A DNA stretch of 32,000 bases from an archaeon (GTDB lineage Archaea; Iainarchaeota; Iainarchaeia; Iainarchaeales; CSSED10-239), in assembly GCA_037147375.1 (NCBI GenBank), contig JBAWVI010000001.1:1-32000 (forward strand), written 5' to 3'. The stretch's first letter is position 1. The number at the start of each line of letters is the position of its first letter. A program made the translations under genes and the position numbers. The notes below the pieces were generated by a model that saw nothing but the letters and a program-made list of their open reading frames with translations, did not search any database and was not told where the DNA came from. Below, piece after piece: positions 17,056-25,260 of this stretch.

Positions 17056-17814
17056 ATGAATCACATAATACCAACAATTAATAATCCTAGTAAGGAAGAA
17101 GAAAAGATATTACAACAAAGATTTACAAAAAATTATTCATTTGCAAGAAACATTTTTGCAATTATTCCATCTGAATTAATTTTTGAAGATAAATTAAAAT
17201 CAATTTCTGAAAACATAAATTTCAGAAAAAGTAATTCACTTCAATTTTCCCAATTTCAAAGAAAAGGACATTCAATTGTAATGAGCACAGATAGAAGAGA
17301 AGATGAATCTCCTATGCAATATGAAATAAAAAATCCTAAAGGAGAAAGAATTGCTGTATTTAATTTTTTCTTAGTTTCTGAAAAAGGTAAGCTTTGTGTA
17401 AGAATTAATAATCATAAAGGTGTTTCTGGAAAATCATATTTAGTTCAATTAAATAATTTAAATAAAAAACTTGGAGAAGACTGGAGAGTTCTGGTTCTAA
17501 AAACAATAAAAAATCATTTTGAGAAGAAAAATATAAAGGTAATACCAGAAATGCCAAGAATGTTCACCTCAACTCCAACTGAATATCTTAGATATAGTAA
17601 ACATTATTTTGATACTGCAATTAATGCAGGTATTTCTCCAGAAAATATAGATTTTAGATATGTTCCTGACAAGAACCTAAAAAACTTGTTTATTGCAAAG
17701 AAAAATATTATTCATGAAAATAATGTTAAGCTTGAAAAGAAAAAGCTTAAAGAAGTTAAAACAAAGCACAATGAACTTAAAAAACTTGGTGCATTTTTAA
17801 AACACAGGATGTAA
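17056..17814 (+). CDS. hypothetical protein (252 aa), no recognisable domain
   Basis: Long ORF, co-directional, 13 nt after the hydrolase gene. K-rich C-terminus. Confidence 0.55.
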   Translation: MNHIIPTINNPSKEEEKILQQRFTKNYSFARNIFAIIPSELIFEDKLKSISENINFRKSNSLQFSQFQRKGHSIVMSTDRREDESPMQYEIKNPKGERIAVFNFFLVSEKGKLCVRINNHKGVSGKSYLVQLNNLNKKLGEDWRVLVLKTIKNHFEKKNIKVIPEMPRMFTSTPTEYLRYSKHYFDTAINAGISPENIDFRYVPDKNLKNLFIAKKNIIHENNVKLEKKKLKEVKTKHNELKKLGAFLKHRM

Positions 17815-17819
17815 AAAAC

Positions 17820-17894
17820 AGGGTTTGGTGGGATTTGAACCCACGACCTATTGGTCCGAAGCCAATTGCACTATCCAAGCTATGCTACAAACCC
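17820..17894 (-). tRNA. tRNA-Arg(UCG): tRNA-Arg, anticodon UCG, no encoded CCA, no intron
   Basis: The reverse complement folds by hand into a cloverleaf. Acceptor stem GGGTTTG/CAAACCC, D stem GCAT/GTGC, anticodon stem ATTGG/CCAAT with loop CTTCGGA, and T arm GTGGG-TTCAAAT-CCCAC. The 3' end is followed by T-G-TTTTTT. Confidence 0.9.
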
Positions 17895-18041
17895 TTTTAC
17901 TTATTTTATTTAAGAAAACTTAAGCTTTTTAATAGGATTGTTTCTTATATATATAATAGATTTGTTGTATTTTATAATAGTATCTATTTTGTATATTTTA
18001 GAGTAATTTATACTTAAATTTAAAACTAGAGGTGTACCATC

Positions 18042-18197
18042 ATGGAATCATGTACAAGTTGTAATAAAGAAGTAAGAGAGGACTACACAGCATTTAAGTG
18101 TCCTGCATGCGGTAAAGCAAAAATATTAAGATGTAATAGATGTAAGTCTATTTCTAAGTTATATAAATGTCCAGAATGCGGATTTGTTGGACCTTAA
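18042..18197 (+). CDS. small Zn-ribbon protein (COG2888-like, usually paired with aEF-1beta)
   Basis: 51-aa ORF not in the track: MESCTSCNKEVREDYTAFKCPACGKAKILRCNRCKSISKLYKCPECGFVGP. Four CxxC pairs. RBS GAGGTG 7 nt upstream. Located directly upstream of aEF-1beta. Confidence 0.7.
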   Translation: MESCTSCNKEVREDYTAFKCPACGKAKILRCNRCKSISKLYKCPECGFVGP

Positions 18198-18203
18198 ATA
18201 AAG

Positions 18204-18228
18204 AAAAGGAACTAAATGTTCTTTTTTT
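18204..18228 (+). terminator. imperfect stem-loop followed by a T7 run
   Basis: aaaaGGAAC-taaat-GTTCtttt with a T7 run at 18222-18228, immediately after the Zn-ribbon gene. It may attenuate rather than terminate, because aEF-1beta follows. Confidence 0.35.
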
Positions 18229-18259
18229 AATATTTATTTTACAAGGAGTTGTTTAAATT

Positions 18260-18535
18260 ATGGGTTATATAATGTCTATCTACAAGATTTATCCAGAGGA
18301 TCCAGAAGATATAGAAAGAATAGTTGAAGTTTTAAAGAAAGGATTCCCAGAACCATTTAGAGTTCAGACTGGAGACATTAGAATTGAACCAATAGCTTTT
18401 GGTTTAAGTTTAATTAGAATTGGTGTTGTTTTTCCAGACAAGATAGATGGTTTACTTGATAAACTTGAAGGTTTATTAAAAGATATCCCTGGAGTAAGAG
18501 AGCTTGAGACTGAAGGATCTACATTAATCTCATAA
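18260..18535 (+). CDS. ef1b: translation elongation factor aEF-1 beta
   Basis: 91 aa. IYKIYPEDPE...IEPIAFGL..I....V.PD..G..D..E..L..I.GV...E follows the aEF-1beta pattern. Confidence 0.88.
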   Translation: MGYIMSIYKIYPEDPEDIERIVEVLKKGFPEPFRVQTGDIRIEPIAFGLSLIRIGVVFPDKIDGLLDKLEGLLKDIPGVRELETEGSTLIS

Positions 18536-18560
18536 GTTCTTTCTTTTTTTTCTTTTTAAA
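18536..18560 (+). terminator. oligo-T terminator (T8 then T5)
   Basis: T8 at 18544-18551 and T5 at 18553-18557, directly after the aEF-1beta stop. Confidence 0.5.
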
Positions 18561-18616
18561 AACGTTTTTAAACCCTTTTAATGTATTTTATAATATATAA
18601 ATATGGGTTAATTAAC

Positions 18617-19075
18617 ATGATTAAATCAAATAAAGCTCAAAGTTCTGTAGAAATACTTATAGGTATATTCTTTATTATATTTTTCATATATATATTTAAT
18701 ATACTTGCAGAAGATACTGTTGCAACTCTTGAAATTAATAAAATAAAAGAGCAAGAACAAGAAATAATTTTATCTTTATCTGATTTTTTATATTCTGGAA
18801 CAAATGTACTAACTGATCAAAAATTTAATATTACAGACTACAATGCATCTTATAAAATACCTGTAATTACTATTCCATCTCAAAAACCAACTTGTGAAAT
18901 TACAATAAGTAATCTAGAGATAAAGATTGTAACAACTTATAATAATAAAACCATTTTTTATAGAGTTACAAATCAAATTCCAGCAGATAGTTATGATTTA
19001 ACCTCAGAAATAGTTAAAACCTGTGGTAGTGAATTGTTTTGTTATAATGATGCAAATATACTAAGGTGTGATTAA
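18617..19075 (+). CDS. type IV pilin-like protein (class III signal peptide), Cys-rich
   Basis: From ATG 18617 the sequence is MIKSNKA/QSSVEILIGIFFIIFFIYIF: a short basic leader, a small residue, then a hydrophobic helix. It has 4 Cys and the N-x-S/T sequons NIT, NAS and NKT. The track start at 18581 adds an implausible hydrophobic leader. Confidence 0.7.
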   Translation: MIKSNKAQSSVEILIGIFFIIFFIYIFNILAEDTVATLEINKIKEQEQEIILSLSDFLYSGTNVLTDQKFNITDYNASYKIPVITIPSQKPTCEITISNLEIKIVTTYNNKTIFYRVTNQIPADSYDLTSEIVKTCGSELFCYNDANILRCD

Positions 19076-19602
19076 TGAACTATAATTTAAGAAACAAGAA
19101 AGGACAGATAATGGTTCTTGATGTAATATTTACTATAGTTTTAATTATATTAATCTTTTTCTTATTATTTCGTTGGACAGAAGTTAAAACATATCAAAGC
19201 ATAACTGATAGAAAGATAGTTGAGCTTAATTATATAAGTAAAACTGCATTTAATTCATTAACAGACAATCATTCAATTAGTTGTTATGCATATGATGGGA
19301 ATAATCAATATTTAGTTTCATCTTGTTTTGGTCTAGATTCAGAAATATCAAAAACATCACTTGGAATACCTATTGACTATAATTGTAGTTTTAGTATTGA
19401 TGGTGGTGGATTTGTACTAGCTTCAAACGATTGTGATAATATTCTTCCAGCTAGTACAGAAAATTATTTTAGTGTTGATTTTAATGTAGTTACAAATCCA
19501 GATAGATTTCTTTCAAAAAGTATTTATCTTGAAAATATTTTAGGAAAACCAACTGCAACACCTTTAACAGTTAGAGAAGCTACTTTGGTGATTTGGAAAT
19601 GA
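19075..19602 (+). CDS. type IV pilin-like protein (class III signal peptide), Cys-rich
   Basis: MNYNLRNKKG/QIMVLDVIFTIVLIILIFFLLF is a textbook archaeal prepilin leader. 4 Cys. TAATG overlap with the previous gene. Confidence 0.75.
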   Translation: MNYNLRNKKGQIMVLDVIFTIVLIILIFFLLFRWTEVKTYQSITDRKIVELNYISKTAFNSLTDNHSISCYAYDGNNQYLVSSCFGLDSEISKTSLGIPIDYNCSFSIDGGGFVLASNDCDNILPASTENYFSVDFNVVTNPDRFLSKSIYLENILGKPTATPLTVREATLVIWK

Positions 19603-19898
19603 ATAAAGGATTTATTTTAACAATTTCAGCATTATATTATGTTGCTTTATTTATCTTATTTCTTTCACTTTTAGTTTTTATGTCTTTTAGAATTACTCAT
19701 TTTGGATCAGTACCTTTAGAAAATCAAAATAATAATTATAGATTTATTACTGGAGAGCCATCTATACCAATACCAAGTTCTGAGTATTGGTGCTCAAACT
19801 ATATAGCAAATTATGATGCAAACCAAGATCTTGAATCTCAAACACCTATGAATTATAAAAATTATTGTGTGAAATATGATGGAAAAAGGATTATTTAA
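19599..19898 (+). CDS. type IV pilin-like protein (class III signal peptide)
   Basis: MNKG/FILTISALYYVALFILFLSLLVF. 2 Cys. ATGA overlap with the previous stop. The track start at 19593 is a TTG. Confidence 0.65.
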   Translation: MNKGFILTISALYYVALFILFLSLLVFMSFRITHFGSVPLENQNNNYRFITGEPSIPIPSSEYWCSNYIANYDANQDLESQTPMNYKNYCVKYDGKRII

Positions 19899-20382
19899 TT
19901 CGTTATTTGTATTAATCATGCTTGCGATGTTTGTTCCAAGCTTATCTTTAATTACAAAAACACAAAATGTTATGGATACTAAATATCAAATAGAGGAAAT
20001 TGCATTTACATCTGATTCAATTATTGCTGATGCAATCTCTGATAGAACTTATGATAATGTTTGTGCTGTTGATACTAATTTAAATTATAATTCTAGAGTA
20101 GATACATATTTAAAAAACTTTGAAATTAGTAAAAAAAAATATTCTTCTATTGATTGTAACTTTACAAATATTACTACTACTGTTGTTGGTTCTGCAACTC
20201 AAGGAGACTATTCTGGAAGCATAGATATAATTTGTAATTCTAAAAACGAGATTACAGATGTAACTATAAAGAAGATAATTTATTTTAACAAAGAAATAAA
20301 TGCTACCCTTGGTGCTGATTGTAGTGTTATTATTGTTGATAACCTAGATGGTGGGAAGATCCAAGTAAGTTTAAATAAGTAA
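19876..20382 (+). CDS. type IV pilin-like protein (class III signal peptide), Cys-rich
   Basis: MMEKG/LFNSLFVLIMLAMFV. 4 Cys. Sequons NFT, NIT and NAT. Overlaps the previous gene by 23 nt. Confidence 0.65.
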   Translation: MMEKGLFNSLFVLIMLAMFVPSLSLITKTQNVMDTKYQIEEIAFTSDSIIADAISDRTYDNVCAVDTNLNYNSRVDTYLKNFEISKKKYSSIDCNFTNITTTVVGSATQGDYSGSIDIICNSKNEITDVTIKKIIYFNKEINATLGADCSVIIVDNLDGGKIQVSLNK

Positions 20383-20383
20383 A

Positions 20384-22165
20384 TTATAAAGTATAATAGT
20401 ACTTATTATCTTTCTTTTGTTCTTGATCTTTTTGCGAACCTGGTTTATTTGCTCTTGGTCTTTTCGTGTCTGGGTCTTTCCTAAATGTAATATCCTGCTC
20501 AATTAAGAACCTATTAAATGAGTTTTCAATAGTGTCTATCTTGTTTGCAGTACCATAGTGCCCTGGTTTTCCTTCAAATAATAATACTCTATCAGAAATA
20601 TAATCTACAAATAATAAATCATGATCAACAACAAACGCACTTCTTCCAGTTTTACTGATTACACTCTTAATTACGTTTGCAATTACAAGTCTTTGTTCAA
20701 TATCCAAAAAAGCACTTGGCTCATCAATTAAATAAATATCACAAATCTTTGAAAGAATGTGTGCAATAGCTATTTTTTGAAGCTCTCCGCCAGAAAGCTC
20801 ACTTATCTTTTGTTCCATTAATGGTTCAAGTTCAAGGTGCCCCTTAATCTCAGAATTAAATATATCGTTATCTATGTCTTTTCCCATAAACAATTCAAAA
20901 ACCATCTTGTCATTATCATAGTTTATGTATTGTGGTTTATACGCAACCTTTAGTTTATTATCAAGCTTTATATTTTCAGGTTCAATTTCTCCAGCAATTA
21001 ATTTAATGAAAGTAGTTTTCCCAATTGCGTTTGCACCTAAGATACCAATAACCTCTGCAGTTTTTATGTTTCCTTCTTTTACTTCAAGACTAAAATCTCC
21101 AAGCTTCTTTTTTAATTCTGGATATGAAAACAAAATATCTCTCTTAATATTTGTTTCTTCCTTTAAGGATCTAAACTCAATTTCATGATCTCTGATTCTT
21201 ATGTTTTCTTCTTTTAAGAATCCACCAAGGAATTCATTAATTCCTTTTTTTGTAGTCTTTTTGTTTGATGAAATTCCATAAGCCCCTTTAGTTCCAAACA
21301 TAACTTGAACAAAATCAGATGCATAATCAAGAATAGCAAGATCATGTTCAATTAGCATAATTGAATTATCAGGACTTGTTCTTTCATGAAGAAGTCTTGC
21401 AATCTTAAATCTTTGTTTAATATCAAGAAATGTTGTATATTCATCTAAAAAATATATGCTTGCTTTTTTAAGAAGGGTTGCAGCAATTGATACTTTTTGA
21501 AGTTCTCCACCAGATATTTCTTTTGGTCTTTTTTCTAGTATGTCCTTTAAATCAAGTTCATTAATTATTCTTTCAAGCTCTTCTGTGCTTGGAGAAACTG
21601 ATGTTAAAAGTTCAATAATTTTTTTATCAAAGTACTTTGGAATATCTTCAACCTTTTGTATCTTGTAAGCAATTGTTACTTCTTTATTTTTTAAATCTTG
21701 AAAATGTTTTTGAATTGATTTTCCTCTAAAATATTCAATAACTTTATCTATATCTCCTGGTTGATTGTAGTCTCCAAGATTTGGAACCAGTGCTCCAGAT
21801 AAGATGTTTATTGCAGTTGATTTCCCAGATCCATTTCTTCCAATAATTCCAGTAATATATCCTTTTTCAGTGAATGGAAGAGAATAAAGTCTAAATGAGT
21901 TCTTTCCAAATTGCTGAAGAGGCTCACTCATCTTAACTCCTATGTTAATTATCTTAATTGCTTTAGTTGGGCATTTGTTTGGGCAGATACCACACCCAGT
22001 ACAAAGATTTTCATTAATGATTGGTGTCTTATAGGCCTTCTCATCAACAACAATTGCATCTTCTCCCATTCTTACAGGTGGACAAGATCTATAACAAAGA
22101 TAATTACAATTCTTTGGTTGACATTTATCTTTATCAATAATTGCAATTCTTGTGTATTCAGTCAT
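20384..22165 (-). CDS. abce1: ABCE1 / RNase L inhibitor-type ribosome recycling ATPase
   Basis: N-terminal double 4Fe-4S ferredoxin motifs (CQPKNCNYLCYRSCP; CTGCGICPNKCP). Two ABC cassettes (GRNGSGKST, GANAIGKTT, two SGGELQ signatures). Confidence 0.95.
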   Translation of the reverse strand: MTEYTRIAIIDKDKCQPKNCNYLCYRSCPPVRMGEDAIVVDEKAYKTPIINENLCTGCGICPNKCPTKAIKIINIGVKMSEPLQQFGKNSFRLYSLPFTEKGYITGIIGRNGSGKSTAINILSGALVPNLGDYNQPGDIDKVIEYFRGKSIQKHFQDLKNKEVTIAYKIQKVEDIPKYFDKKIIELLTSVSPSTEELERIINELDLKDILEKRPKEISGGELQKVSIAATLLKKASIYFLDEYTTFLDIKQRFKIARLLHERTSPDNSIMLIEHDLAILDYASDFVQVMFGTKGAYGISSNKKTTKKGINEFLGGFLKEENIRIRDHEIEFRSLKEETNIKRDILFSYPELKKKLGDFSLEVKEGNIKTAEVIGILGANAIGKTTFIKLIAGEIEPENIKLDNKLKVAYKPQYINYDNDKMVFELFMGKDIDNDIFNSEIKGHLELEPLMEQKISELSGGELQKIAIAHILSKICDIYLIDEPSAFLDIEQRLVIANVIKSVISKTGRSAFVVDHDLLFVDYISDRVLLFEGKPGHYGTANKIDTIENSFNRFLIEQDITFRKDPDTKRPRANKPGSQKDQEQKKDNKYYYTL

Positions 22166-22181
22166 ATAAAATCAAATATAT

Positions 22182-23465
22182 TTATTCTTCCTTCTTTTTA
22201 ATTGCTCTTTTCTTTACTGGTTTATCTTCCGTATCTTCATCTTCTTTCTTAATCTTAACTTTACATCCAAGATGCTTTAATTCTTCATCAACAAACCCGA
22301 AATATGTTTGCATATCTTCATTAAATTTATTTGTTTTTGCAATTATTAAAAGGAAAGGAAGATAATCTCTTCTTACTATGTGCTTTGATGCATGTACCTT
22401 ATCTCTCATCTTTTCAACGATACTGTCAGTTAATATTCTTTCTTTCTTATTCCCTGAAAGCTTTTGAAGAAGTGTTGGAAAAACAAATGGAGAAAAGGAT
22501 AAATAATCTTCTTTCTCTGTTTTTGAATAAGCAACTCCAATAGTTAAGTAATCAAGAACATATTTTAGAAGAATCCATCTACTTCCTTGTATTCTTCCTT
22601 GATAAACATCAGCTTTGCTTAATGCTTCAAAACCAGCTGCAAGATTCTTTGTATCCTTAAATTTTCTAGGAATATTTTCTTCAAGCCAAGAAAATAATAA
22701 TTCCCAATCTATATTTGAATTATCAATTGCATTCTTTGTTTCATAAAAATCTTTTGGAAAGAAAATAGTTGAAAGTGTTTTAAATACATCTTCTTCCTTC
22801 TTTCTATCTCCAAGTGTTTCTACATCTTCTAAGTTAATTCTTCCAAATAAAGAAAGAGTCCATAAATCCTCAAGGAGAGCTCTTACATCGTTTTTAGTGT
22901 TTTCAACTAACTGTTTTAATGAGACTAAATCATAATCTAATTTTTCTTTTTCACATATTTCTGTTGCAAACTTGAGGATTGAAAGTTTATTTGGTAAATC
23001 AAACTTAATTTTAGTACATTTCTCAAATACAGGTCTTAATTTCTTGTTTTCATAAGCATCATTTGCAATAAATATTATTGGTTGTCTTGATTTATCTATA
23101 ACCTTTAGCATTTCAGTAAAGAAACCTGAATCTTCGCTTCCTCTCTTATCTTCAATTGCATCAACCTCATCAATTAAGATAAGCCTTTTCTTTCCAAAAA
23201 GAGTAGTTGAAGTAGTAGCAACGTTAAGAAGGTTAGCTATAGCATCTTTTCCTCTAATGTCAGATGCATCAGTGTGATAAAGTACCCACCCCATCTCTTT
23301 TGCAAGTAGCTTAGCAGTTAAGGTTTTACCAATTCCAGTATCTCCATAAATAAATATAGCGGTTTTAGGATCTTTTGCCCAATATTTTATCTCAGTTATA
23401 CTCTTCTTATTACCTACAATTTCATCTAAGGTTTTAGGAGTATACTTATCAATGAATTTTTGCAT
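22182..23465 (-). CDS. rfcL: replication factor C large subunit
   Basis: FIDKYTPKTLDEIVGN...YGDTGIGKTLTAKLLAKEMGW..YHTDASDIRGKD...LILIDEVD is collinear with archaeal RfcL. 427 aa with an acidic/basic tail. Confidence 0.88.
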   Translation of the reverse strand: MQKFIDKYTPKTLDEIVGNKKSITEIKYWAKDPKTAIFIYGDTGIGKTLTAKLLAKEMGWVLYHTDASDIRGKDAIANLLNVATTSTTLFGKKRLILIDEVDAIEDKRGSEDSGFFTEMLKVIDKSRQPIIFIANDAYENKKLRPVFEKCTKIKFDLPNKLSILKFATEICEKEKLDYDLVSLKQLVENTKNDVRALLEDLWTLSLFGRINLEDVETLGDRKKEEDVFKTLSTIFFPKDFYETKNAIDNSNIDWELLFSWLEENIPRKFKDTKNLAAGFEALSKADVYQGRIQGSRWILLKYVLDYLTIGVAYSKTEKEDYLSFSPFVFPTLLQKLSGNKKERILTDSIVEKMRDKVHASKHIVRRDYLPFLLIIAKTNKFNEDMQTYFGFVDEELKHLGCKVKIKKEDEDTEDKPVKKRAIKKKEE

Positions 23466-23607
23466 ATATATTATATCTGTGCAAAAGGATTTAAAGATTC
23501 TTATTCTTTATTTTTAGTTTAAAACTAGTATTTTAATAAATTATTGTTTTGTGCTCATAGTGAACACAATTGATTACATTTATAAATTTATATGCTCTAT
23601 AATATAT

Positions 23608-24117
23608 ATGAAGAAACCTTGTGCAGTAATAGATACGTCCTTTTGGATACATTTGGTTTATCTTGATATTGATAATTATTTAATAAAATATTTTGAAATA
23701 TACTTTCCAAATAAAGTGAAATCAGAAATACTTTATCTAAAGCACTTTGATTATTTTTATAAATCAGCAGATATCTCTATATTTGAAAAATTATTACAAA
23801 CAAACCAATTAACAATAAAAGACCCTAAACAATTAATTGATTCTTCTGAACTTCAAAAAAATTCAGGAGAGCATCATTTAATTTCACTTGCAAAAGAAAA
23901 TAATTTTGGGGTATTCATTGATGATGGGGTGCCTTATGATTTATGCAGTAAAATGAATATACTTAGAATGAATTCAATTGATTTTATTATATTTTTATAT
24001 ATTAAGAGAGAAATTAGTAAAGAAAAAGGACTAGAGCTTATGATTAAACTAAGTCATAAGATAAAGCAAAGATATATAGAAGAGGGAATAAAATATATAA
24101 ATAATATTAAAAGGTGA
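23608..24117 (+). CDS. PIN-like nucleic-acid-binding protein (DUF3368-type)
   Basis: From ATG 23608 the sequence is MKKPCAVIDTSFWIHL (PIN N-terminal acidic motif). Later GEHHLISLAKENNFGVFIDDGVPYDLCSKMNI matches the GE.E.I.LA.E.....L.DD..AR pattern. The track GTG start at 23551 is less plausible. Confidence 0.6.
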   Translation: MKKPCAVIDTSFWIHLVYLDIDNYLIKYFEIYFPNKVKSEILYLKHFDYFYKSADISIFEKLLQTNQLTIKDPKQLIDSSELQKNSGEHHLISLAKENNFGVFIDDGVPYDLCSKMNILRMNSIDFIIFLYIKREISKEKGLELMIKLSHKIKQRYIEEGIKYINNIKR

Positions 24118-24462
24118 ATGTTTATGGTTAAAGAAGTAAAATATGATTTAGAAAAAACAAAATCTTTAAGATTATCTGATTCAGCAATGAGAAACATAAA
24201 ATATATTTCTAATCTTGAAGAAGTAAAGGAATCAGACTTAATTAGAAAATTTATAAATGAATCTATTATAAAATATAAATTAAAACTAGCATTTAAGGCT
24301 TATGAGAACAAAAGTGTATCTATTTATGGTGCCGCAAACATAGCTGAATTAAGTTATAAAGAGTTTGTGGATAAAATGGTTGAAAACGGAATAAAAACAG
24401 ATTTTTCAAGCATAGGTGAGGATGTTAATACTTTTGTTAAACTAACTGAGAAGAAAAGGTAA
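24118..24462 (+). CDS. UPF0175-family small protein (antitoxin-like)
   Basis: LAFKAYENKSVSIYGAANIAELSYKEFVDKMVENGI matches the UPF0175 pattern A..LY..G..SLG.AA..AG.S..EF...L...GI. Alternative start ATG 24124 lies 6 nt after GGTGA. Confidence 0.6.
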   Translation: MFMVKEVKYDLEKTKSLRLSDSAMRNIKYISNLEEVKESDLIRKFINESIIKYKLKLAFKAYENKSVSIYGAANIAELSYKEFVDKMVENGIKTDFSSIGEDVNTFVKLTEKKR

Positions 24463-24531
24463 AAGAATTTATAAATCAATTGTTTTATATATTATTTTGG
24501 TTTACAGTTATTATATTATAGGTGAGTTATT

Positions 24532-25248
24532 ATGATTACAATAAAGAACACAAATGTATTTAAGAAAAGTCTTGAAGCAATTTCAGGAAACATCCAAGAA
24601 GCAAATATTAGATTTAAAGATGATGGAATATACATTAAAGCTATTGATAAAACACAAATTCTTTTAGTTGATTTTTGTATGCCAAAATCTTGCTTTGAAT
24701 CATATGTTATTGATCCAAGTCTTGTTGGAATAAATCTTTCTGAATTAAATAACATGGTTTCTCGTTCTTTTGAAAAAGATAAGATTAAGCTTGAACTTAA
24801 AGAAACATATCTTGATATTTATCTTCTAGGATCTATTCAAAGAAGATTTAATTTACCTTTTATTGATTTAAATGATGAAGAAATTAAGATACCAGAAATT
24901 AAATTTGATGCACAAGTTAAGGTAAGCGCTTACTTATTTAAAGAAATATTAAAAGATGCAAATCTAGTTTCTTCAACTATTACCTTTAAGGTTGTTGATG
25001 GTAACTTTGTTATTGAATCTGAAGGAGAGAAAGGAAAGATATTAACAGAAGTTTGTAAGGCACAGATGAAAACAAAGAAACAGCTTGCAGTTAAGTTTTC
25101 TTTATCATTCCTAAAGAATATAACAAAAACAATAGATAATGAAACAGAGCTTGTAATTAAATTCTCAGAAGATGCACCACTTTATCTAGAATATAATCTT
25201 GATAAGGATGTAAAGCTAAACTATTATTTATCAAGTATGTTAATATAA
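24532..25248 (+). CDS. pcn: DNA polymerase sliding clamp PCNA
   Basis: 238 aa. FKKSLEAISGNIQEANIRFKDDGIYIKAIDKTQILLVDF and the two-domain length are typical of archaeal PCNA. RBS AGGTGA. Confidence 0.9.
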   Translation: MITIKNTNVFKKSLEAISGNIQEANIRFKDDGIYIKAIDKTQILLVDFCMPKSCFESYVIDPSLVGINLSELNNMVSRSFEKDKIKLELKETYLDIYLLGSIQRRFNLPFIDLNDEEIKIPEIKFDAQVKVSAYLFKEILKDANLVSSTITFKVVDGNFVIESEGEKGKILTEVCKAQMKTKKQLAVKFSLSFLKNITKTIDNETELVIKFSEDAPLYLEYNLDKDVKLNYYLSSMLI

Positions 25249-25260
25249 CTGGTTGATTAT

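Noticed and set aside
17820-17894. tRNA-Arg as the attachment site of an integrated element, with the pilin operon or the orphan genes as cargo.
   Set aside because: I saw no direct repeat of the tRNA 3' half in the window and no integrase or recombinase gene. Flanking genes (aEF-1beta, the Zn-ribbon protein, the MBL hydrolase) are housekeeping-type.
17835-18017. A 60-aa plus-strand ORF (MNPRPIGPKPIALSKLCYKPF...).
   Set aside because: Its 5' part is the antisense of tRNA-Arg(UCG). The remainder runs through AT-rich promoter-like intergenic sequence, and there is no RBS.
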